Part shown: piece after piece, positions 1 through 8,872 of the stretch
Numbering within the stretch: position 1 is the stretch's first letter
How the letters are laid out: the number at the start of each line of letters is the position of its first letter
IMG/VR virus record: IMGVR_UViG_3300027608_000002
Span: 1-56,191 of that record
Length of the DNA: 56,191 bases
Source: a virus
Taxonomy: Duplodnaviria; Caudoviricetes
Direction: 5' to 3' (one strand)
The notes under the pieces: model-generated
Told to the model about the DNA's origin: nothing
The model's input: the letters and a program-made list of their open reading frames with translations, nothing else
Database searches by the model: none
Translations under genes and position numbers: made by a program

Positions 1-127
1 TCTATCACCCATACGATCCACTCCGGTGTAACCAGTACGTTGGGCTGTTTCATCAGCGCGTCTTTCAGCATTATTTTTCAGACGCATAGCACGGTCAAAT
101 AAAGCAGTTTGAATACGCAAATCCGCA
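1..127. repeat. 127-bp terminal direct repeat, copy 1 (circular assembly overlap)
   Basis: Identical to 56065-56191; one ORF reads through the join. Confidence 0.97.
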
Positions 128-1362
128 TTATTCGTTGAATCTTTCATTCCTTGCCTTGCATTGTAAGCGTCAGCGTACCGATCGTCCATAAGCCGATCAG
201 CCATTGCAGTCTCTGCACTTTCTGAACGTTGAGCATAGCCTCCGCTCTTCAAGCCCTTCATCGACTTCTGCGAGTCGTGCTTGTCATCAGCCTTTGACGC
301 TTCCCACTGCTTCATGGTCATGCCGCGCTTGGCCGCGAGCTTCTTGTCTTGGGCCTGATCCTTTGCAGAACCTTCGAATTTAACCTTGCCGCCACGCTTC
401 TGGCCATTTGGAGGCAAACGACTCAAACCATTGTATTCGTCTCTTCCAAATTGTTCGAATGCGTTCATATCTGCTTGTCGTTTGTCAGAAATACGATTTG
501 CACGCATATCCATCATCGGAGAGGCTTGCGGTTTTGGTTTGGCAAGATCCGTAGAATACATTTTGCCTTTGTACTCAAACGTTTTTGGGCCACCTGAAAG
601 CATTGCGGCACGACCCGCCTTAAATGCTTCGCCGAATGAACCTCCGCCAGCCTTGTGGGCACGACCGCCCTTCTTCAAACCATATCCGGTTTCTTGATGA
701 GCACGACGTTCTGCCGCCTGAGCTGCCAAAGCTGGTCCAATTGTTTTTTTGATGTCTTCTTTAGCCATCTCATAAACAGCAGGGTCTTCACGGCGAGCGT
801 ACATTTTATCAGCAACTTTTTCGGCGTCCGATGTTTTTCTAAACGAATCGTACATTTTGCCTTCGGCTTTAGCGTACTCAGTGCCTTCAGAACGCATTCC
901 GCCATTTGCTTTGCGAACAGCACCACCCTTCTTCATCGCACCCGCGGCCCGACCCATCATTTGGTTCTGCTGACCAATTGGGTTCTCGCCGATCGGGCCA
1001 CCGCCAAACTTCTTGGCCTTTCCGCCGTTTTTCAATCCACCAACGTGAGCCATGCCGCCTTCGCGGACTTCATTCGCCATCTTCTGATCACGGTTGATCA
1101 GATTGTCTGGCGTCAGATACCGCTTTGAACGAGAACTGCGATCCGCACGAAATTCTGCTTTCTCACCATCGGCTTTGCCAACGACTTTGCCACCCTTTTT
1201 ATATGCCCGTCTGCTGAGAGGGCGCATGCCCGTCTTAACATCGGTGTTCAAGGGTTCAGATGGTGACCAAGTTGACGAATCAACTTTCTGGCTTGAGTCA
1301 TTTGCCAAACGCTTTGCCTTTGCCTTCATCGCGGCGCGTGCGGTTTTTGCAGTCTCTGACAT
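1..1362 (-). CDS. 5' part of a 711-aa basic, modular, xxGG-repeat late protein spanning the contig join (continues 56064->55291)
   Basis: Manual translation: ATG at 1362 with [28 protein letters not shown]..., no stop to base 1, in frame with ORF 55291..56184; missing from the ORF track. Confidence 0.9.
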   Translation of the reverse strand, partial: MSETAKTARAAMKAKAKRLANDSSQKVDSSTWSPSEPLNTDVKTGMRPLSRRAYKKGGKVVGKADGEKAEFRADRSSRSKRYLTPDNLINRDQKMANEVREGGMAHVGGLKNGGKAKKFGGGPIGENPIGQQNQMMGRAAGAMKKGGAVRKANGGMRSEGTEYAKAEGKMYDSFRKTSDAEKVADKMYARREDPAVYEMAKEDIKKTIGPALAAQAAERRAHQETGYGLKKGGRAHKAGGGSFGEAFKAGRAAMLSGGPKTFEYKGKMYSTDLAKPKPQASPMMDMRANRISDKRQADMNAFEQFGRDEYNGLSRLPPNGQKRGGKVKFEGSAKDQAQDKKLAAKRGMTMKQWEASKADDKHDSQKSMKGLKSGGYAQRSESAETAMADRLMDDRYADAYNARQGMKDSTNNADLRIQTALFDRAMRLKNNAERRADETAQRTGYTGVDRMGDR

Positions 1363-1406
1363 GGTATTCTCCAAGGAGTTAGTACGGGCGTCCCCGCTTG
1401 CTGCAA

Positions 1407-4400
1407 TCATGAGGGGGGACGGTGCGTATGCAGCGACACACCGACTTTGCTAAGAGCATGCTTAACAATTTTAGAATTATGAACTTGATTGTACGATTTT
1501 GCAACGCCACCCGATTTCATGCCTCCTTCAAATTCCTTACAGGATCCGTCTGGATTAAAAATTTTGCATTTTGGCTGGAGAGGTTGAACGATTGGGTCTC
1601 GGCGATTGTCACTGGTCATCGGAGCAGGAGGGTTGCCGGAGTTGCCCAAGAAGTCCAACCAACCGCCACCAACAGGGTTCCCGAATTCATCGTTCTTCGC
1701 TTCAAAGCGCGAATTGTCGGGTTGATTGAATTTATTCCCGAGGTACCTTCCGCCAATCGAACCGAGTGGTCCGAACGCAAGTCCGCCCAAAACAGACCCA
1801 ATGTTGCCGCCCATATTGCCAAAGAAGCTATCGTTTCCGCGTTGAGGAGGCATTGGTGCGCCGCCGCCACCAATGTTGAAACGATCATTGCTGTTGTCGG
1901 GACGGTTGTCGGGGCGATTGTTGCTACTTGGTCCCGCGGTCTGTGTGCCGGATCCGGCGTTGTAGTTTCGATTGGCGTCGCGAGAAGTTACCGCAGAGCG
2001 ATTTGCGTCTGCCGCACCGCCTGGGTTATCGCCAGTACGAACATCGCCGCCATAGTCATACCCAATGCGACCGCCGCGAGCTTCTGTGATCTTTGGCTTT
2101 GACGGATCAAAGTTGCCGTTGTTGCCTATTGCAGATTTAATCTGGTGAGGGTGGAAGGCAACCCATTCATAAGGCGTTGTTTTGCCGTCTTCTGTTCGAG
2201 CAGCAATAACACCGTCATGCCCTAATTTTTTAAGCAATTCTGTTTGTGCCGTTGGACTGGTTATATGACCATGACCCAACCGAGCAAGAGAATGTTGCAT
2301 CGCCATCGCACCAGAAGAAGAATCAGGGTGCGTAACAATAAATGGATTTTTCATTGAAAGATGAACTGGCATTACATTTGGGCCAGAACTTTCTTCAGGT
2401 TTTCCATATTCTGAGTATCCGCTTGCAGCATTTGGGCCAGCAAAATAAAATCCTTTTCCAAAAAAACCAACGTCAGTGTGGTCGCGGTTCTCCCCCATTT
2501 GGACGCCACTATCTCCTGCTGGTGGAGCGTTTAAATTAAATGTGTCAAAATTTCTTTTTGTCCCATGATACAGCACATGCGGCACATCAGGATGATTGCC
2601 TTCTTGGAACGCCGCCAAATTCTCTTCACGCTGTGAATCATCATGGGGAAGCACCTCGCCACCCTGCTCATACTTTCGTTTTACGTCCACGTTCTTGGGG
2701 TCGAACACAACGTAGTTGGTGGTGCCTTTGCCTTTATCACGGCTGTTTTCATCACGATACTTGACGCCGTGGACGCCAGAGCGTTGCAAAAATTCACTTG
2801 CGCCTTGGTAGCCGTTTGGGTGTTGAGTTGCCAACGCCTGATAAAAATCCATACCCGTTGAATCTTTTTCAAAATGTGATTTAAACACGTTAAAAAGCGT
2901 TGGATTATCTTTTCGTGAGTCAAATATGCTTTTAACAATATATGGGCTTTGCTCACTCAGCGGCTTGTTCCAATCGAGCATATGATCGGGATGAGCATTG
3001 ATATTGACCTCGTACATGTGGCCTTGTTTTTGAGGTTCAAATTCTTCATTAGAACCTGAAATTCTATACAAATTAAAATCATTTATATTTTTGCTTGCAG
3101 TTGCTCGATCGCGAAAATCAATGGCAGTTGGTTCATGCTCTGTAAAATACAACCCATGTCCATATGCTTGCTCCCCAACACCTTTTCCAATCTTGGCCAT
3201 GTCAAACTGATCAAAGTCGTGCGGTGAGCCGTGATACGCGGTAATGCCGTCATCAACCTCGCCACCGTCCTTATACTTCCGCTTCACGTTTACGTTTTTG
3301 TGGTCAAACACAACGTAATTGTGAGTGCCTTTGCCTGAATCGCGTGATCCTGCATCGAGGTATCGGACGCCTTTAATGCCAGCGTCTTGAAGGAAATTTG
3401 TTGCTTCCTCCAATGAATAATCTTCAGAAAGATCATTGTACACATGACGGCCTTGTGGGTTTGCACCGTGCCTTCCAGAACGATCTTCAATTCTTTCTTT
3501 AGTCCAAGGCCACCACTCTGTTTTATTTAAAGCATTTTTTACATAATCTGACTGCTCATCAATGGTTTTATCCCAATCAAGCATATGATCTTGATGCGCG
3601 TTAATTGAAACCTCATATGTGCGAGGTCCAGCAATCTTTCCACTTCGAAGATGATCTGCCCCTTCTTTATATTCTTCGGCAAGAAGACGATCGCCTTCTT
3701 CAGCGTCAGGACCGTTTGCATAACGACCAGGTATTGCTTGATCAGAGTGATATGCGTGTGATCTATCAAGAGAAGCAATTGCTTTATCGCGATCAAACTT
3801 GTTTGCCCACAATGCTGCAGTAGCGTGACGCTCTGGGCTTGATTTCATTTTATTCATAAACTGGTTATAATATTGACCACCTTGACCGCTTACCTCTGGG
3901 TTTTCAGCAAAATACAACCCATGACCATACATTTGGTTGCCTTCGCCCGTGCCGATCTTGGCCGTGTCAAATTCATCAAAATCATGCGGAGATGAATGGT
4001 ATGCGGTGATGCCGCCGCCGTTGTCTTTGTGGGGTATGGGTTCTATCTGGTCTTGTATGGCGTCAACAATATGTTTCGGTGCCGAACCTTCCCGCCAATC
4101 AGTATTCACTGACCCGTCTGGGTCAACCCAGAAGAACCCCGCGTCACCTTGTTTCATAGCATCTTGAGACTGAGAAGAAACATAATACGAATGATGAAAA
4201 TCGGCGGCTTTAGCCCGTTTGTATGGATGCACTTCACGAATAAATCCATCATTGGCGTCAAACACGCCAGACCAGAATGGTTTACCTTTGTGAATTGCTG
4301 TATCCATCACTCTGCCGCCATCTTCTTTGTGAGGCACGTTGGTAGCATCATTTTTAACCATACCAAGGATATCCTCGGTTGGCGTATCAAGGTCAAACTT

Positions 4401-4931
4401 GCCAATTCTTGTGGCAACTTCTGGATTATGGATTGACGCTTCAGTTAAACCAATCGGCAAGTGTTGAAATTGCACATCTGCAGCCTGTCTGAGCCTTTCA
4501 TACGCACGGTTAGAATATAACCAAGAATCGCCTTCTTCCGGTGTTCCTTTAACTGCTTTATATTTGTCATTAATGGCTCTGTACTCGGCAAGTTCTTTTT
4601 CTGGATATCCGCCTAAGCCTTCTATTTTTCTTGGGTATCTTGGAAATTTTGTGTTGTCGTCATTGTCGCCATTCCATGAAGTTGAAATTGATTTTGGAAT
4701 TTTAAAAACATGAACAGCTTTATCTCCATATCCATATTTCTTGGAATAGTGTTTTGCATAATCAATGGCATATGCCGCACGTTTTGGATCTTCATGGTCG
4801 ATTACAAAACTGTACAAGCCTTTTCCAAGTGGTCGAATGTTGCCTGGTTCTCCAGAACCAAAACGAGATGGGTTGATTTTGTCAAAATCAGACCCCCCAT
4901 GCACGACGTACAAGGAATCATCACTCATCAC
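1407..4931 (-). CDS. Large polyvalent protein with four ADP-ribosyltransferase-like (ART-PolyVal type) domains
   Basis: Repeated [YV]HG[STG]/YHS ... G.G[LF]Y[FS] ... V.[IL] ... G..G[VI] ... [YW]V[VA]F units separated by xxGG linkers; TGATG coupling to upstream gene (ATG at 4928). Confidence 0.75.
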   Translation of the reverse strand: MMSDDSLYVVHGGSDFDKINPSRFGSGEPGNIRPLGKGLYSFVIDHEDPKRAAYAIDYAKHYSKKYGYGDKAVHVFKIPKSISTSWNGDNDDNTKFPRYPRKIEGLGGYPEKELAEYRAINDKYKAVKGTPEEGDSWLYSNRAYERLRQAADVQFQHLPIGLTEASIHNPEVATRIGKFDLDTPTEDILGMVKNDATNVPHKEDGGRVMDTAIHKGKPFWSGVFDANDGFIREVHPYKRAKAADFHHSYYVSSQSQDAMKQGDAGFFWVDPDGSVNTDWREGSAPKHIVDAIQDQIEPIPHKDNGGGITAYHSSPHDFDEFDTAKIGTGEGNQMYGHGLYFAENPEVSGQGGQYYNQFMNKMKSSPERHATAALWANKFDRDKAIASLDRSHAYHSDQAIPGRYANGPDAEEGDRLLAEEYKEGADHLRSGKIAGPRTYEVSINAHQDHMLDWDKTIDEQSDYVKNALNKTEWWPWTKERIEDRSGRHGANPQGRHVYNDLSEDYSLEEATNFLQDAGIKGVRYLDAGSRDSGKGTHNYVVFDHKNVNVKRKYKDGGEVDDGITAYHGSPHDFDQFDMAKIGKGVGEQAYGHGLYFTEHEPTAIDFRDRATASKNINDFNLYRISGSNEEFEPQKQGHMYEVNINAHPDHMLDWNKPLSEQSPYIVKSIFDSRKDNPTLFNVFKSHFEKDSTGMDFYQALATQHPNGYQGASEFLQRSGVHGVKYRDENSRDKGKGTTNYVVFDPKNVDVKRKYEQGGEVLPHDDSQREENLAAFQEGNHPDVPHVLYHGTKRNFDTFNLNAPPAGDSGVQMGENRDHTDVGFFGKGFYFAGPNAASGYSEYGKPEESSGPNVMPVHLSMKNPFIVTHPDSSSGAMAMQHSLARLGHGHITSPTAQTELLKKLGHDGVIAARTEDGKTTPYEWVAFHPHQIKSAIGNNGNFDPSKPKITEARGGRIGYDYGGDVRTGDNPGGAADANRSAVTSRDANRNYNAGSGTQTAGPSSNNRPDNRPDNSNDRFNIGGGGAPMPPQRGNDSFFGNMGGNIGSVLGGLAFGPLGSIGGRYLGNKFNQPDNSRFEAKNDEFGNPVGGGWLDFLGNSGNPPAPMTSDNRRDPIVQPLQPKCKIFNPDGSCKEFEGGMKSGGVAKSYNQVHNSKIVKHALSKVGVSLHTHRPPS

Positions 4932-7900
4932 AGTCTCCCCGTGAACATAGGTTGGCCAACCTTGCCCGTATCAATGTGGAAACCAGATATTGCACGAACC
5001 GGATGGATAAATCCACCACGGGCTTCGTTCATTCTTGGTTTTGACGGATCAAACGTGCCTTGATTGCCCGACGCAGACTTTATCTGCTCCGGATCAAAGG
5101 CAATGTAGCTGTCTTGCGCCTCGGGATAAACCTTTTTGAACGCATCGTCGCCGAGGTGGCTTAGATTTTCAGGACTTGGTCGTTTGCCTAAATCATTCAA
5201 ACCTTCGCGACGGTTTAAGTAAACAATGCCGTCGTGGCCGTGTTCTTTTAAAGCGTTTTGAAGTGCCTCTTGTGGTTCAGAGTTTTCTAAATATTTAAAA
5301 CTTTTTTCCACTATTTCTTTAGACAATTGAGCCATAACACGCCGAGCAGAAAAAGAACCGTTGTCTTGCAAACGAATTGGATTCTTGATGTTCAGGTGAA
5401 CGGGGTACATGTGCCCACGTTGTTCCGGTTCAGATCCGGTAAAATCATTTCCTTGTTCTTGTGGCCCAAAATGACTGCCCATCTCACTGGATTTGGTATC
5501 AAACGTTTCAAAATCTCGCGTTGGACCGTAAACGTCATTAGAGTCTGTTTCGTCAAGGTATGCATCGGACATAGGTGACAAAGGTTTTCGATATTGGCCG
5601 CGAGTGCCATGATAAAACACCTTCGGAGACCCGTCAGGATTTTTTAAAGATGGGTGCGCGTCTTTGTGAAACTCAGCCAAGCTCTCCCCACGGCGTGGAT
5701 CGTCGTGAGGAATGTAGTTTTCCTGATGCTTGGCGAGCTTCTCGTGTAATGTAGGCTCGACTTCGCCGCCTTCTTTGTAGGCATGCCATACAGAGCCTTC
5801 AGCACCACCGCCAGAAGATTTCTTTTTGGGAAGAGGCGTTCTTAACGGCCCCGTAAACGGTATCCCCGATCGAGACATGCGCTTGGTTGCATCATCAATA
5901 AATTCAGAATGACTATCTTTCACCCTCGACGCTAGGTCTTTGAAGCCTTCCTCGGATGCGGTGAGATAAGTAAGTCTCTGTTTGTAGGTATTCCAAGCTT
6001 TTTTGCCTCCGCCAGTGAGAGCGTTGGATCCTTGGGGTCCGTTGAGGATTTTCCGTGCGTCACTTTGTGAGAGGCCGGAAGCGACCGATTGATCGATGAA
6101 TTCATTTCGTATCCTTTTTAAAAGTTGTTTTTTAAGATCTGTGTATTCTGAAGCCGTATTATACACAGATTTATAATCGTGCGCCATGATTTTTCCAGTT
6201 GGATATAAATTTCCTAATGACTGGTCAGCAGCTTGTCTTAATTTGTTATGGTCAATACCATGAGCTCCGTCATCATCAAAACGAGGAATAGTATCAAACA
6301 TGTATCCATTTGGATGCCGCATAAAACTCATATCATGGCCAATATCTGACAATTTCTGAGCAAGTTTACGAATGTGTTGCGGTTCAATCGTATCGGTTGT
6401 TGGAACAAACAAAGAGTGGCCGCGGATATAACCATTCTGTGGATTTTGGTTAGGATCCGCCATATGAATGGCTGATGTGGCCATTGCATCTTGTTTTAAA
6501 TGTTTGCCGACAATTGCATGCATCATTGCAATCTGTTCATCATCCATATTTTTAAGAGGAACACGGATATTGGGCGATACAGCCCCCTCAAACGTTCCAC
6601 CCGCGTCAAATGGGTTTTCACTGGTGGGTGCCGTAATGCGCGTGATATCCGAATTGCCGCTTACATCCCCCGTAATGGCCTTTTTAAGCATATCCCAAGG
6701 GTGTTTTCCGCGAGATGAATGGAACATCGCGGTTGTTAGACCTTTGAGGTACTGGTCTTGCGATATTTGATCATCATTATCGACCGCATGGCGGTATAAT
6801 TCAGCCGCTTGGGCACCAACAGGCGTTTGGGTCGTGCCAAACTCAACGGTTGATTTAGGCGCGGCTCTGAACCCAGGCGTTGTACGCCGCAAAGCATCGG
6901 CAAACTTCGGATGCATAAAAGCTTCACGAGTTATTTTGTCGCCTTCAATGCCTGGAACACCCGCATTTTGAAGTTTTTTAATAAGTCCGCCCCAAACCTG
7001 ATGATAAGCATCGCCAGATGGTTCATTCCGAAGGTGAACCCACGCAGGGGCTTGAAAATTCCAACTCTGATATTGGAATGGAAGTTCATGACCATGCACA
7101 TTGTTATACAAATCGCGAATTTTGTTAAAATATAACGCCATTGGCTCATGTAAAGACTGGTTTGACGACATAACATCGTCAGGAACGCCAAACATTTTGC
7201 CAACCCAAACGTCATTGACGGAAATTGGAAACCTTGTTGGTACGCCGCCTGTCAAAGCAAGCGTATCAGAGAAGTGCCCCGTCTTGTTCCCAGGCAAAGC
7301 TGACGATCCACCAGAATGCGAACGCGACAAAGCCTGTCTTACGGTTGATGGAATCGTTAAATCAACGTCCGCCGGAACGCCGCGCAAATGTTGGGATAGC
7401 ACGCCAAGACCTCTTTCAAGGTTTTCATCTGGTTCTGCACGAGCAGATGTCGCCCCAACAAGATCCATGCCCTTTAAATATTCTTCTGGCGTCAATTCTG
7501 GCATATTCTCAGCCATTTTTTCACCAGAAAGCTCATACCAAAGGTGGTCACGGAACGGCAATGACATGGATTTGTCCCAGTCTTGCGATCCAAAATGAGG
7601 TTTTACGTCATGTTCCGTCACCGCATTCTTGGCGGCTTGAGAGCTTTCACCAACGGATTGCTCCCAAAGATTTTGCAATACTTCATTGCCACCCTTATGC
7701 GCCTCGGCAAGAGCTTGAGCAGTGCTATTTGCATATGCTTGATGAAACTTACTGTCAGGATCCGCCGCAAGGTTTGACAAAGCAAGCTTGTGCGCACTGT
7801 CTGCTTGCCGGATTTGGGGCGTAATTTTAAACCCAACGCCTGGGCTATCAAGAAATTGTTTTGGTGAATCAGCCCAACGGCCTCCATTAGGAGCTCCCGC

Positions 7901-8872
7901 TGTGTAAGTGCCGCCAACAACTCGATCTGCTTCTGGAACGATGGTGCTCAAACGTTGGTTAACAATATTGCTCCCAACTCGCGTGTCAGCCCGAGCCGCC
8001 GCAACTTCTTGTGGCGTTGGAGGTGCTGTTGTGGGTTGCATCGGTTGCCCACGTTGGAGAATGGAACCAATCGTAACAGGTGGAGTACCACCGCTTGCCA
8101 ATCTAACTTGCTCAACAGGCTTAACTGACTTAGCTAACCCCAACACTCCGCCGCCGTCCGCTTTGACAATGATGTGATGGTACACGGGGTGCTCTTTCTG
8201 CTCTTTTCTTTTCACCAAGATGGATCCGACTTGTGGTCCGAGGTCAATATTGCCTCGAGTTGTCGGGCGGAGCCTTGGCTCGGAAGGCAAGTTTTCATAC
8301 CGCGCCAGATCGACGCCCTTGGGGAAATGAACGTTCAATGCATAGTAATGCTTGCCACGGTGCTCTACAGAGACAATTGTGTTGGTGTCCTCGTGGCCTT
8401 CAGGGGCATCTTGCCACCGCCATCCCGCCTTTTGCTTAAACAGGTTGGTCTTGGCAACCGCGTTGCCCTTGCCGGACGTGCCCGTCTCATCCACTGCATC
8501 CCTCGAAGCTGTGAAATAAGGTTTCCCGCCACTGCCGATGCCGATCGAAGCCGCCGCGGATTTGTGGCCAGTCATGTCTTGCTTGTCGGGCATTGATAGA
8601 TACTGCCCACCCGCCGGACGATCATCCTCGGGGAACATGCGTTGCGGCTTAGGAAACACCGACATCGGGTTCTGGATGTCGGGAGTTACGTCGCCGCCAT
8701 CCGCACGAACCTGACGAGGAACGTTTGGCATGAACTTCGAAGACGGGAGCTCCTGTCCACCAGCTCGTTCCTTCGCCATCTTTGCGCGGCGCAATTCAAG
8801 TTCGCCACCTTCCGACAGCCTTACTCGAGCAACGGGCTTAACACTCTTGGCAAGTCGGATGGCGTCATTCAT
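4928..8872 (-). CDS. Large polyvalent protein: unknown domain, HhH/DUF7178-like domain, C-terminal ART-like domain
   Basis: WYE..ATS..N..GNKTGHF..NDVW..FQAPAW pattern; C-terminal FYHGT..YPVHLNIKNP..GHDGIVY..YIAFDPEQIKSA; ATGA overlap with portal. Confidence 0.7.
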   Translation of the reverse strand: MNDAIRLAKSVKPVARVRLSEGGELELRRAKMAKERAGGQELPSSKFMPNVPRQVRADGGDVTPDIQNPMSVFPKPQRMFPEDDRPAGGQYLSMPDKQDMTGHKSAAASIGIGSGGKPYFTASRDAVDETGTSGKGNAVAKTNLFKQKAGWRWQDAPEGHEDTNTIVSVEHRGKHYYALNVHFPKGVDLARYENLPSEPRLRPTTRGNIDLGPQVGSILVKRKEQKEHPVYHHIIVKADGGGVLGLAKSVKPVEQVRLASGGTPPVTIGSILQRGQPMQPTTAPPTPQEVAAARADTRVGSNIVNQRLSTIVPEADRVVGGTYTAGAPNGGRWADSPKQFLDSPGVGFKITPQIRQADSAHKLALSNLAADPDSKFHQAYANSTAQALAEAHKGGNEVLQNLWEQSVGESSQAAKNAVTEHDVKPHFGSQDWDKSMSLPFRDHLWYELSGEKMAENMPELTPEEYLKGMDLVGATSARAEPDENLERGLGVLSQHLRGVPADVDLTIPSTVRQALSRSHSGGSSALPGNKTGHFSDTLALTGGVPTRFPISVNDVWVGKMFGVPDDVMSSNQSLHEPMALYFNKIRDLYNNVHGHELPFQYQSWNFQAPAWVHLRNEPSGDAYHQVWGGLIKKLQNAGVPGIEGDKITREAFMHPKFADALRRTTPGFRAAPKSTVEFGTTQTPVGAQAAELYRHAVDNDDQISQDQYLKGLTTAMFHSSRGKHPWDMLKKAITGDVSGNSDITRITAPTSENPFDAGGTFEGAVSPNIRVPLKNMDDEQIAMMHAIVGKHLKQDAMATSAIHMADPNQNPQNGYIRGHSLFVPTTDTIEPQHIRKLAQKLSDIGHDMSFMRHPNGYMFDTIPRFDDDGAHGIDHNKLRQAADQSLGNLYPTGKIMAHDYKSVYNTASEYTDLKKQLLKRIRNEFIDQSVASGLSQSDARKILNGPQGSNALTGGGKKAWNTYKQRLTYLTASEEGFKDLASRVKDSHSEFIDDATKRMSRSGIPFTGPLRTPLPKKKSSGGGAEGSVWHAYKEGGEVEPTLHEKLAKHQENYIPHDDPRRGESLAEFHKDAHPSLKNPDGSPKVFYHGTRGQYRKPLSPMSDAYLDETDSNDVYGPTRDFETFDTKSSEMGSHFGPQEQGNDFTGSEPEQRGHMYPVHLNIKNPIRLQDNGSFSARRVMAQLSKEIVEKSFKYLENSEPQEALQNALKEHGHDGIVYLNRREGLNDLGKRPSPENLSHLGDDAFKKVYPEAQDSYIAFDPEQIKSASGNQGTFDPSKPRMNEARGGFIHPVRAISGFHIDTGKVGQPMFTGRL

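Noticed and set aside
349-1453. + strand ORFs at the window start
   Set aside because: Antisense to the 711-aa join-spanning gene, which has a clear SD and operon context.
1407-8872. Ubiquitin-like conjugation system suggested by ARGG/NRGG
   Set aside because: No beta-grasp domain, E1/E2 or JAB gene recognised, and the motifs are internal; kept only as a remote alternative.
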